This document shows, one piece after another, positions 40,301 through 50,009 of a DNA stretch of 64,000 nucleotides (position 1 is its first letter; every line of letters starts with the position of its first letter). The notes beneath the pieces were generated by a model that saw only the letters and a list, made by a program, of their open reading frames with translations, made no database searches and was not told the origin of the DNA. The DNA is from an uncultured delta proteobacterium (GTDB taxonomy: Bacteria; Desulfobacterota; Desulfobacteria; Desulfobacterales; QNYZ01), in the NCBI GenBank assembly GCA_963845145.1, contig CAWJQU010000008.1, positions 192,001 to 256,000 on the forward strand, in the 5' to 3' direction. Made by a program: the position numbers and the translations under genes.

Positions 40301-41332
40301 TTGGCTACCTTTATCATCAGAAGATTCATATTTTTGGCGTTTGTCCTATTCGGGGTATCGGTCCTGATATTCAGTATCCTCATGACCTTCAGTCCCGAAC
40401 GGCGTGCCATGGCCTATGTCAAATCCCCCCAGCAAGTTAAAGATCTACCCCACATTGTCGAGCAGCATGGGTTAAACGATCCTTTCTACGTCCAGTATGC
40501 CCGCTGGGTTAAAGAAGTCTCCTCGGGCAACTGGGGCTACTCGGTGGTGGCAGCCAAGCCGGTATGGGAAGCGTTCTGGTACTATTTTCCGATCACTTTT
40601 GAACTCAACCTTTTTACCATTCCCATCATTATTTTTTTAGGTATCTGGCTGGGTACGATTTCAGGCATTTACCGGGATACCTGGATCGATCATACCACCC
40701 GGATCTTTGCCATCATCGGTTGGTCATTGCCGACGTTCTTGTTTGCATTGATTATCCTGATGATTTTTTACGGCTACTTAGGCCTCTTTCCGCCCGGATA
40801 CCTCGACGATCAATTCACCCTCTGGATTCATGAAAACCCCGATCAGTTCAAACGCTACACCTATCTGTATACGATTGACGGGATCTTGAACGGCCGCTTC
40901 GACATTGCCTTAGATGCCCTTAAACGGCTGGTCATGCCGGTTTTTACCCAGGTCGTTGTGATTGTCGCCATCCTTTTAAGGGTGATGCGCTCCAGCATGA
41001 TCGAAGAGATGTCCAAAGATTATGTCATGACCGCCCTGGCCAAGGGAGCGCGCTTAAAAGACATCTATTTCAAACACGCCCGCAAAAATGCGCTGATACC
41101 GGTGATTACCGTGGCCGGCTGGCTGGCGGCCTATTCCATGGAGGGAAGTATCGCAGTGGAATATATCTTCAACCGCCAGGGCATCGGCTGGTGGTTAGCC
41201 AACGCCGCCATCTCATTGGATATTCCGGTTCTGATGGGGATTTGTCTGTTTTTCGGGCTGGTTTATGTCATTGTCAACCTGGTTCTCGATATTGTTTACG
41301 CCTTTATAGATCCGCGTATACGACTCAGCTAA
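40301..41332 (+). CDS. Peptide ABC transporter permease (DppB/OppB-like)
   Basis: GLNDPFYVQY, RSSMIEEMSKDYVMTALAKG, VEYIFNRQGIG, DPRIR; likely TTG start at 40301. Confidence 0.9.
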   Translation: MATFIIRRFIFLAFVLFGVSVLIFSILMTFSPERRAMAYVKSPQQVKDLPHIVEQHGLNDPFYVQYARWVKEVSSGNWGYSVVAAKPVWEAFWYYFPITFELNLFTIPIIIFLGIWLGTISGIYRDTWIDHTTRIFAIIGWSLPTFLFALIILMIFYGYLGLFPPGYLDDQFTLWIHENPDQFKRYTYLYTIDGILNGRFDIALDALKRLVMPVFTQVVVIVAILLRVMRSSMIEEMSKDYVMTALAKGARLKDIYFKHARKNALIPVITVAGWLAAYSMEGSIAVEYIFNRQGIGWWLANAAISLDIPVLMGICLFFGLVYVIVNLVLDIVYAFIDPRIRLS

Positions 41333-41342
41333 AAGGATTGCC

Positions 41343-42254
41343 ATGAGTAACAAAAAACAGCATCCGCGCATACGCGAACTCAAATTTACCCTGCGCCGCA
41401 TTTTCAGGAATCCTTCGGCAATCATCGGCTTTTCGCTGTTGCTCTGTTTTTCCGCCGTGGCCGTTTTCGCCCCGGTTATCGCGCCACCTAAGTATGCGCA
41501 CAACCCTTACCAGATGCCACACAAGGGATACTCACAAACCCCCAAACCCCCCAGCGCCACCAACATTTTCGGGACGACTTCCGGGCAGTACGATATTTTT
41601 TACGGAGCCGTCTGGGGGACCCGCACGGCGTTTAAAATCGGTATTTTTGTTATTGGCATCTCCGTCATTATCGGTGTCTCGTTGGGTATAATTTCCGGAT
41701 ATTACGGAGGCCTTGTCGATGAAATCATCATGCGCATCGTCGACATCATTTATGCAATCCCCCTTCTGGTGTTGACCATGGCCATTGTCGTGGCCTTTGG
41801 GCGCGGTCTCGACAAAGTCATGATTGCCCTGGCCCTGGTCAAGTGGCGCGACTACGTGCGTGTTATGCGATCCGGCATTTTAACCTTGAGGGAACTCGAT
41901 TACATCCAGGCAGCCAAGGTCATGGGGGTGTCCAATTTTAAAATTATGCTCAAGCATATTCTACCGAACGGCATCTATCCGGTACTAGTGATGGCCTCTA
42001 TGGATATCGGATCCATGGTCATCGTCGCGGCATTTATGAGTTTTATCGGCCTGGGGGCGCCCAAGGGCTATGCCGATTGGGGGCAAATGGTCGCCCTGGC
42101 TCGGAACTATATCGTCGGTCCCCCCGATGATCCACTAAAATATTGGCATGCCATCGCCATTCCCGGTATCTGTATCATTTTGTTTGTACTGGCCTGGAAC
42201 TTGATCGGCGACGCCCTGCGCGATGCCTTTGATCCGAAACAGAGAAGAAAATAA
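41343..42254 (+). CDS. Peptide ABC transporter permease (DppC/OppC-like)
   Basis: FGTT..G.DIF, DYIQAAKVMG, HILPN, NLIGDALRDAFDP. Confidence 0.92.
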   Translation: MSNKKQHPRIRELKFTLRRIFRNPSAIIGFSLLLCFSAVAVFAPVIAPPKYAHNPYQMPHKGYSQTPKPPSATNIFGTTSGQYDIFYGAVWGTRTAFKIGIFVIGISVIIGVSLGIISGYYGGLVDEIIMRIVDIIYAIPLLVLTMAIVVAFGRGLDKVMIALALVKWRDYVRVMRSGILTLRELDYIQAAKVMGVSNFKIMLKHILPNGIYPVLVMASMDIGSMVIVAAFMSFIGLGAPKGYADWGQMVALARNYIVGPPDDPLKYWHAIAIPGICIILFVLAWNLIGDALRDAFDPKQRRK

Positions 42255-42323
42255 TCATGACGGTTCCGTCGGATGAGAACTTATTACAATTTTGTTGACT
42301 TAATCTGAATTCATAGAACCCGT

Positions 42324-43385
42324 ATGTCCAAGCTGATTGAAACAATTGATTTAGAAACCAACTTCTACACTTACGAAGGGGTTGTCCGTGCCCTTAACCG
42401 GATCAGTCTGACCATTGACCACGGCGTCACTTTTGGTCTGGTGGGAGAATCCGGGTGTGGAAAAAGCGTCCTGGTGCGTTCTTTAATGCGCATCATTCAG
42501 GAACCGGGACGCATCGACGGGGGGCAAATACTGTTCTACCCCGACCGTGAGACCGATCCTGTCGACCTTGTTCGTCAACCCGATAACTACCTGCGAAAAC
42601 TGCGGGGCAATCTAATATCCATGATCTTTCAGGAACCCAATGCCGCGCTCAATCCGATCATGAGCATTGGCGATCAGATTGCCGAGAGTTTTCTCATCCA
42701 TCGCCGTAAGGAATTAGGACGCGATGCCGCCTCAACCCACGCACTGTTTCCTCTCAACCCCAAACGCCGCTTGCGCCAAGCCGCATTGAAGCGGGTTATC
42801 GCACTATTGGATCAACTCGGCATTGCCAATCCCGAGGAAATCGTCCACCGCTTCCCCCATGAATTGTCCGGGGGCATGAAACAACGCATCGTTATCGCCA
42901 TCGCTCTGGCCTGTCGCCCCATGCTGCTCATCGCCGATGAAGCCACTTCCAATCTCGATGTAACGATCCAGGCCCAAATTCTGCAACTTCTCCGCGAGTT
43001 AAAGGAGACGCAGATATCCTCGATACTTCTTATTACGCATGATTTAGGCGTTGTGGCCGAGACCTGTCAACGGGTGGGTGTCATGTATGCCGGCAACCTG
43101 TGCGAAGTTGCCGACGTAAAAGAGTTGTTTTCAAACCCGCGCCACCCCTATACGCAGGCGCTACTGGCAGCCGTGCCCAAAATCAGCCAGGAAGGCCTGT
43201 TAAAAAGTATCGGCGGTAATGTACCCAATCTGGTTACACCACCACCCGGTTGCCGCTTTCATCCGCGCTGCGCCCAGGCTAAACCTGCTTGCCGTAAACG
43301 ATTCCCGGCGGATACGCACCTCGACAACAACCACACGGTTGCCTGCTATCTCTATACTGACCAACCCCGAGCGAGTGCCCCATGA
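42324..43385 (+). CDS. Peptide ABC transporter ATPase (DppD/OppD-like)
   Basis: GESGCGKS, PHELSGGMKQR, HPYT, GCRFHPRC. Confidence 0.92.
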   Translation: MSKLIETIDLETNFYTYEGVVRALNRISLTIDHGVTFGLVGESGCGKSVLVRSLMRIIQEPGRIDGGQILFYPDRETDPVDLVRQPDNYLRKLRGNLISMIFQEPNAALNPIMSIGDQIAESFLIHRRKELGRDAASTHALFPLNPKRRLRQAALKRVIALLDQLGIANPEEIVHRFPHELSGGMKQRIVIAIALACRPMLLIADEATSNLDVTIQAQILQLLRELKETQISSILLITHDLGVVAETCQRVGVMYAGNLCEVADVKELFSNPRHPYTQALLAAVPKISQEGLLKSIGGNVPNLVTPPPGCRFHPRCAQAKPACRKRFPADTHLDNNHTVACYLYTDQPRASAP

Positions 43386-44434
43386 CCCAACAGACCAAAA
43401 TATTGTCACTCAAAGGCCTGAAGAAACACTACCCCATTAAAGGCGGCGTGTTACGACGCCAGGTGGATTCGGTCAAAGCGCTGGACGGTATCGATATCGA
43501 TATTCAACGGGGCGAGTGTTTGGGTGTCGTGGGGGAATCCGGCTGCGGGAAGACCACAACCGGCAAAACCATCATCGGCCTGGAGAAAGCCACCCATGGG
43601 CAGATCCACTATTTTCCGGAAGGGGGAAATGGACAAGCGCCACCCGTGGATATCACCACCATGGGAAGACGCGCATTAAAGAAAACAGGTATTCGCGCCA
43701 AATTGCAAATGGTATTTCAAGACCCGACAACGTCGCTGGATCCCCGTATGCTGGTGAAAAACATCATTGCCGAACCCATCAATGCCCTCCAACACATCGG
43801 ATCTCGTGAGCTGGAGGCGCGTGTATTGGAGCTGCTCCAAACGGTAGGCTTGACCAAGGATCACTATCTGCGCTATCCCCACGAATTTTCAGGCGGACAG
43901 CGCCAGCGAATCGCCGTGGCCCGAGCCATCGCAACCAACCCGGATTTTCTGGTGCTCGATGAACCCACTTCGGCGCTGGACGTATCGGTACAGGCCCAGA
44001 TTCTAAACCTGCTGGACGCCTTGAGACATAAATTCAACCTCACCTACCTGTTCGTCACCCATCACCTGCTCGTGGTCAAATACATCAGCGACCGCCTGGC
44101 TGTAATGTATCTGGGGAAGGTCGTTGAAGTTGCTCCAACGCAGGAACTCTTCGCCAACCCCAAGCACCCTTACACCCATGCCCTCTTGTCGGGCATTCCA
44201 GCGCCAGATATTGAAAAAAAACAGCATCGAATCGTACTATCCGGTGATGTTCCCAGCCCCTTAAATCCGCCGGCCGGTTGCCGGTTTCATACCCGGTGCC
44301 CATTTGTTATCGACCTCTGTCGCGCAGAAGAACCACTGCTCGAACCACAGGACGTCGCCCATCAGACAGCCTGCCACCGCAAGGATGAGTCAGCACGTCT
44401 GGTTCGCGATACCTTCGGTGGAGCATTGAAATAA
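43382..44434 (+). CDS. Peptide ABC transporter ATPase (DppF/OppF-like)
   Basis: GESGCGKT, YPHEFSGGQRQR, DEPTSALDVSVQAQ, GDVPSP. Confidence 0.92.
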   Translation: MTQQTKILSLKGLKKHYPIKGGVLRRQVDSVKALDGIDIDIQRGECLGVVGESGCGKTTTGKTIIGLEKATHGQIHYFPEGGNGQAPPVDITTMGRRALKKTGIRAKLQMVFQDPTTSLDPRMLVKNIIAEPINALQHIGSRELEARVLELLQTVGLTKDHYLRYPHEFSGGQRQRIAVARAIATNPDFLVLDEPTSALDVSVQAQILNLLDALRHKFNLTYLFVTHHLLVVKYISDRLAVMYLGKVVEVAPTQELFANPKHPYTHALLSGIPAPDIEKKQHRIVLSGDVPSPLNPPAGCRFHTRCPFVIDLCRAEEPLLEPQDVAHQTACHRKDESARLVRDTFGGALK

Positions 44435-44813
44435 GCTTCCTTTTCATATGGATGTAACTTATAGCGCACCCAACCGACGTAAAACCCTTGACTTTCGTTT
44501 TCCGAAGTTCTACTTGAGAGGCTCGTAGTCGAAAACAAGAAAAAAATGACATGGAGGACTTTTATGCTCGCCTGGGTATTGACCGCTAAAAATAGAAAAA
44601 AACCGGATGTCCTTAATGGAGGCGGGTAAGAGAAGACACCGGTCAATCTGTAGGTCATGTAGTTACAAAACTTAACCTTGTCATACAGCCAGTATGCTTG
44701 GTTTCTGTTCGCCTGCCCTTCTTACCGCTCGGTCTCCCTTTGCTCGAAGCATCTTCGTTTAAAATTAATCTATCATCACCAGAAAATCAATTCTGGATGA
44801 AAAGGAAAATACC

Positions 44814-45923
44814 ATGTCATTAAATGAATTGGGGTGGAGCCCCTATTTTGATAATCTATTATCGCAAATTGACAGCCGGAAATATACGGTTGGCAGGATC
44901 ATCACCCGACATAGTGCTGTATGCGCTGTACGAACCGAAAATGGAGAATATTTTGGTGAAGTCTCAGGGCGTCTTTACCATGACGCTCAGGAGACAAGTG
45001 TTTTACCTGTGGTGGGGGATTGGGTGCTGATTTCGGTTACGCCCACTTCGGAAATAACCGGTAAGGGACAAGCCATCATTCATCACATCCTGGATCGAAA
45101 AACAAGTGTCTCCAGGGGCGCCGCCGGCACGGCCGGAAAACGGGAAGGTAAGGGACTTAAAAAAGAGCAAGTCATTGCCGCCAATATTGATACGCTGTTT
45201 ATTGTCGCCGGTATGGATCGGGAGTTCAATTTGCGTCGAATTGAGCGCTATCTGGCCATGGCCTATAATAGTGGGGCCGCGCCGGCGATTCTTTTGAATA
45301 AGGCGGATCTTTACAATAACATGGCCGAATGTATTGCAGATGTCGAATCTATAGCGCTTGATGTACCGGTATACGCTGTCAGTGCAAAAAATAATCTCGG
45401 CATGGATGCTATCAAGCATCATATCCCTATAGGGAAGACAGCCGCGTTTATGGGGTCGTCCGGTGTTGGTAAATCATCCATCATAAACTGTCTCCTGGGT
45501 TACGAACGACAGAGAACCACAGAGATAAGTACCAGTATGAATAAAGGCGTACACACCACAACCCACCGGGAATTGATATGCCTTGAAGGTGGGGGAATGG
45601 TCATAGATAACCCCGGTATGCGTGAGCTGACCCTTTGGGCCACCGATAACGCCGTTGAAAATCTCTTTCAGGATATCGAAGGCCAGGCCCGACAGTGCCG
45701 GTTTAATGACTGCCAGCATAATAGCGAGCCTGGATGTGCGGTTAAACAGGCCATCGAAACCGGAGAGATCGAATCCAAAAGGTTGGTCAGCTATCAGAAA
45801 TTGAAGAACGAGGAGACTTTTTTCAAACAACGCCAAAGCAAAAGCACGGATGCCATAGAAAAAGAAAAATGGCGAAAAATAAAGATGCAATACCGGCAAA
45901 CGAAAAAGTCATTTACCTCTTAA
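44814..45923 (+). CDS. rsgA: Ribosome small subunit-dependent GTPase A
   Basis: VGDWV, AANID, NKAD, GSSGVGKS, HTTT, DNPG, CRFNDCQH.SEPGC. Confidence 0.95.
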   Translation: MSLNELGWSPYFDNLLSQIDSRKYTVGRIITRHSAVCAVRTENGEYFGEVSGRLYHDAQETSVLPVVGDWVLISVTPTSEITGKGQAIIHHILDRKTSVSRGAAGTAGKREGKGLKKEQVIAANIDTLFIVAGMDREFNLRRIERYLAMAYNSGAAPAILLNKADLYNNMAECIADVESIALDVPVYAVSAKNNLGMDAIKHHIPIGKTAAFMGSSGVGKSSIINCLLGYERQRTTEISTSMNKGVHTTTHRELICLEGGGMVIDNPGMRELTLWATDNAVENLFQDIEGQARQCRFNDCQHNSEPGCAVKQAIETGEIESKRLVSYQKLKNEETFFKQRQSKSTDAIEKEKWRKIKMQYRQTKKSFTS

Positions 45924-45944
45924 CTTTGAACGCATGGTGACCTC

Positions 45945-46028
45945 GCAGGCTGTTTAAAAACGTTATGCGCAATTTGAGGAGGATTTTAATGCAGTATAGC
46001 CCAACGCAATCGTTTTTTAACAGCCTGC
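45945..46028. repeat. Short MITE-like element with terminal inverted repeats
   Basis: GCAGGCTGTTTAAAAACG ... CGTTTTTTAACAGCCTGC; abuts the TAG stop of bamI-2. Confidence 0.65.
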
Positions 46029-46642
46029 TAATCCTCCTGATCTTTGATTGGCGAAGGGGGAGGAAATGCCAGCGCTTCGGTCAAATGATAGGCGGCCTGA
46101 AGATACGAGGTGGGGCAGAGCGTAAAGCATGCTTTGCAATCTTTGCACTCTTTTGCAGCTACTTCAGGAATAAATTTAATTTCCCGGGTGGAGCCTCTAT
46201 CAAAAAAACCGAGGGCGTTTTTCTTCACGACCTCAGTACAATACCTGACGCATAGACCGCATAAAATGCAAAAGGAGGACTGTTTTTCAAACCGGTCTTT
46301 GTCGGCGCCATACTCTTTTGCCAGACTCAAAAGGGCTTCGGAATCCGGTGCGTGAGCCAGGAATTGTTCCACTAAGATTTTGCGAATGCTGTCAATTTCC
46401 TTACTGTGCGTATTGACAACCATATTTTGATCGACGGGTCGAACACAGGCCGCGCCTAAACCTTTTCTGCCGCCGGCGTCAATTTCTACCACGCAAATTC
46501 GGCAGGCCCCATAGGGCTCCAGTTCCTCGTGGTGACAAAGCGTCGGGATATGTATTTCCGCACTACGGGCGGCTTCCAGAATGGTCATCCCTTCTTTAGC
46601 TTCAATGTCTTTTCCATCGATTTGCAAATGAATGTTGCTCAT
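46028..46642 (-). CDS. bamI: BamI-like subunit, copy 2
   Basis: Colinear 204-aa paralog of 12279-12893 with the same Cys motifs. Confidence 0.85.
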   Translation of the reverse strand: MSNIHLQIDGKDIEAKEGMTILEAARSAEIHIPTLCHHEELEPYGACRICVVEIDAGGRKGLGAACVRPVDQNMVVNTHSKEIDSIRKILVEQFLAHAPDSEALLSLAKEYGADKDRFEKQSSFCILCGLCVRYCTEVVKKNALGFFDRGSTREIKFIPEVAAKECKDCKACFTLCPTSYLQAAYHLTEALAFPPPSPIKDQED

Positions 46643-46643
46643 A

Positions 46644-48581
46644 TTATTTACTCTTTCCTGCGATCATTCTTTTTTCTTCAGGGATAGGCGCCGGAACAGG
46701 TTCGCCGGACAGCCGTGTTACCGCACCAAAGCGTGAGGGGCAAACCTCGTAGCACGTGCCGCAGTTTGTGCATTTATCCTGATCAATGACGTGGATCTGT
46801 TTTTTAGCGCCGTCAATGGCTTCGGCGGGGCACTTTCGACTGCAAATTCGGCAGGCCATGCATTTTTCCGGATCAATGTAGTAAGCAATGAGGTCCTTGC
46901 AGACAAACGCCGGGCATCGCTTGTCCTCGATATGGGCTTCATACTCATCTCTGAAGTAGCGGATCGTGCTCAAGACCGGATTCGGCGCACTCCCTCCCAG
47001 GGCGCAAAGAGAGGCGTTCTTGGTTGATATGGCGATCTCCTCTAAAAACTCGATATCCCCCTCTCGCCCCTTGCCTTCACTGATTCTTGTCATAATTGAA
47101 AGCATGTGAGTGATGCCTTCACGGCATGGGGAGCATTTTCCGCATGATTCACCCGATAGAAACTTTAGAAAATATTTAGCGACATCGATCATGCAGGTAT
47201 CTTCATCCATGACGATCATCCCACCGGACCCCATAATCGCACCGACCTTGGCCAATTCGTCAAAGTCGACTTTAATATCCAGGTGCTCTTCAGGAATACA
47301 ACCACCTGACGGCCCACCGGTCTGAACGGCCTTGAACTTTTTTCCTCCGGGAACGCCGCCGCCGATCTTAAAGATGATATCTCTCAGGGTAATGCCCATA
47401 GGAACTTCTACCAGGCCGGTATTGGTTACCTTCCCGACCAGCGAGAAAATCTTGGTACCCTTGCTGTTCTCGGTGCCGATGGATGAAATAAATTCGGGGC
47501 CGTTATTAAGAATCAAGGGAATATTGGACCAGGTCTCTACATTATTGATATTTGTCGGTTTGCCAAAGAGTCCTTTTACAGCTGGAAACGGCGGCCTTGC
47601 CTTGGGTTCACCCGGCTTACCCTCAAGGGACGCGAGAAGCGCTGTTTCTTCACCGCAAACAAACGCACCGGCCCCCTGGTGCACGGTAATCTTAAAATCA
47701 AAGCCTGAGCCAAGTATATTTTCTCCAATCAAACCCAACTCTTCAGCCTGCTTAATGGCAAGGGTGACATTTTCGACGGCCAACGGGTATTCCTGCCGGG
47801 CATAAATATATCCCTCGCCGGCACCAATGGCATAAGCGCCGATAATAAACCCTTCGAGTACGGCAAAGGGGTTTCCCTCTAGGAGCGCTCTATCCATAAA
47901 CGCCCCGGGATCTCCCTCATCGGCATTGACAATGACGTATTTTTTCTTTTCTTTACTTGCGGCGGCAAAGCCCCACTTGATTCCAGCCGGAAACCCGGCA
48001 CCACCTCGACCCCTTAATTGTGAATCCTTCACCAACTGCACCACCTGCTCAGGCGTCTCGTCAATGAGGGCCTTCACCAGGGCGGAAAAGCCGCCCACGG
48101 CGAAATAGTCTTCAATGCTTTTAGGGTCAAGTTTGATATTATTACCGATCAGGTGGCGCGCCTGATTCTTGTAAAATGGTATCTCAGATTCGTGGGCGAT
48201 TGTCTCATCACTGTCGGGATCTTTATAAAGCAATCTGTCGATGACCTTCTTTTTAACGATGGTCTGAGAAATGATCTCTTCTGCATCGTCCGGTTTCACT
48301 TGAAGATAACATGTCTCCTCCGGATAGATCACAACAATGGGGCCTCTTTCACAAAAGCCGGGACAACCCGTTTTCCTGATATCGACGATCTTGGTATCAA
48401 GTGCCCGCTTTTCTATTTCCTCTTCAAGGGCGGCAACCACTTTACCCGCACCTAGAGCAAGGCAGCCCGTCCCCGTGCATACAGAAATGCAAGGCTTATT
48501 GGGATCCCTTTTTGATATAATGTCCTTCCTGAATTCTTCCAATTCAGCAGGTGAATTTAACCTTGGCATAATATTGGGCAT
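46644..48581 (-). CDS. bamH: BamH-like (NuoF-type) subunit, copy 2, intact
   Basis: LRGRGGAGF, NADEGDPGAFMDR, GAGAFVCGEETAL, ESCGKCSPCREG, C-terminal ferredoxin. Confidence 0.9.
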   Translation of the reverse strand: MPNIMPRLNSPAELEEFRKDIISKRDPNKPCISVCTGTGCLALGAGKVVAALEEEIEKRALDTKIVDIRKTGCPGFCERGPIVVIYPEETCYLQVKPDDAEEIISQTIVKKKVIDRLLYKDPDSDETIAHESEIPFYKNQARHLIGNNIKLDPKSIEDYFAVGGFSALVKALIDETPEQVVQLVKDSQLRGRGGAGFPAGIKWGFAAASKEKKKYVIVNADEGDPGAFMDRALLEGNPFAVLEGFIIGAYAIGAGEGYIYARQEYPLAVENVTLAIKQAEELGLIGENILGSGFDFKITVHQGAGAFVCGEETALLASLEGKPGEPKARPPFPAVKGLFGKPTNINNVETWSNIPLILNNGPEFISSIGTENSKGTKIFSLVGKVTNTGLVEVPMGITLRDIIFKIGGGVPGGKKFKAVQTGGPSGGCIPEEHLDIKVDFDELAKVGAIMGSGGMIVMDEDTCMIDVAKYFLKFLSGESCGKCSPCREGITHMLSIMTRISEGKGREGDIEFLEEIAISTKNASLCALGGSAPNPVLSTIRYFRDEYEAHIEDKRCPAFVCKDLIAYYIDPEKCMACRICSRKCPAEAIDGAKKQIHVIDQDKCTNCGTCYEVCPSRFGAVTRLSGEPVPAPIPEEKRMIAGKSK

Positions 48582-48590
48582 AATCTTTCC

Positions 48591-49043
48591 TTACTCGTAG
48601 TTTTTCAACACGTCGTCTGTCTCGGCCGATGCCATATTGCCATGATATTCGCCGTCAATGACCACCACCGGCCCCAAAGCACAGCAACCGACACAGCTCA
48701 CGGTATCGAGGCTGAACTTCAATTCCTGGTCGGTTTCGCCGGGACTGATTCCGGTATGTTCTTCAACTGCGTTCAGGACGCGAGTCGCCCCGCGCACATG
48801 ACAGGCCGTGCCGGTACAGACATGGACTTCATGGCGCCCTTTAGGCACGATACTGAATGCTTTATAAAAGCTAATGATGTGTTGTATCCGGTTCAACGGC
48901 ACGTCCAGTTTCTTGCTGACCATGTTTAGCGCTTCCTTTGGAAGCCATCGAAGCTCGCTTTGAATATCGATCAGCACCTGAATCAGTGAGCTGGGGTCAC
49001 TCGGATATTTATCTATGATCTTTTCGATTTTACCATTATCCAT
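48591..49043 (-). CDS. bamG: BamG-like (NuoE-type) subunit, copy 2
   Basis: CTGTACHVRG, CVGCCALGP; start at MDNGK by alignment with copy 1. Confidence 0.87.
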   Translation of the reverse strand: MDNGKIEKIIDKYPSDPSSLIQVLIDIQSELRWLPKEALNMVSKKLDVPLNRIQHIISFYKAFSIVPKGRHEVHVCTGTACHVRGATRVLNAVEEHTGISPGETDQELKFSLDTVSCVGCCALGPVVVIDGEYHGNMASAETDDVLKNYE

Positions 49044-49099
49044 TACCGCTATCCTAATTTTCTTATTTCTGTGTCTTTCATTATTTAACCTTAGTTGTC

Positions 49100-49867
49100 C
49101 TACACAACACAAAAACGCATTTGATTTGCATCGAATTCGATAAATCCCTGCCTTGCGGAGCGATTAAGCTGGTTGGAAGCGTCACCCGGCGTTACGCCTA
49201 AAATTTCAGAAATTTCTTTGGCTGAACAAGGTTTTTCTCGCAGGATCGCCATGATTTGGCTTAGTTCCACCTTGTCTGCAACCAAATCCTGGAATATTTT
49301 GTAAAATTCATCGCTATCAAAAAACGCATTATACGCTTCTACCGATTTCACTGGGACGCGTAATCGCTCTCTTTCAACTAGTTTTATGTAGGGAACTAAA
49401 TTATATACAATTTCAAGGTTGCGCCTTAAAACGGTTTCATCGATCCCCTCACCCTTGCCGAGAGGCCCCATCTCCCTAACCTTATTGGAGAAATCATTCA
49501 TCACATGGGCATAACGGTTCCCCTCAGAGGCGGACATGTATTCAAGCCTTAACCTTTCGGGGTTCAACCCGATCATTTCGAGCAATTTTCTTCCGATATG
49601 AAGCATACTCAATGCGCCATAATTACCCTGGGTAAGATAATGGCATTCCCCGGGATAGCATCCGCCGATAAGCACCCCGTCTTTTCCATTTAAAAGTGTT
49701 CGGAAGATGAATGCCAGGTCAACCCTGCCCGTACACATGACGCGAACGATCTTAATATTTGACAAATATTGTAGTCTGGAAACTCCAGCCAAATCCGCAG
49801 CGGAGTATCCTCACCAAGTGCACAGAAAACCTAAGATGCTTGGTTTAAATTCGAGTCCAGTAGCCAT
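49100..49867 (-). CDS. bamF: BamF-like MvhD selenoprotein with HTH, copy 2
   Basis: ATG 49867 MATGLEFKPSILGFLCTW-TGA(49811-49813)-GYSAADLAG in frame with ORF 49100-49792; same hairpin as copy 1. Confidence 0.9.
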
Positions 49868-50009
49868 TCTTTTCCCACTCCTGTAGCAGTTTTCACTGCG
49901 GCTTTCATTTTTTAAATATTTTCAGAGAGATGGTGACCTCAGCAGAGACCGCCCACGTTATAGCCACCCGGTGTAGCAATCGGGTGTAGCAATCGGGCAA
50001 ATGCACTTT

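Noticed and set aside
49971..49997. 13-bp tandem duplication GTGTAGCAATCGG
   Set aside because: Only two copies; most simply a local slippage event
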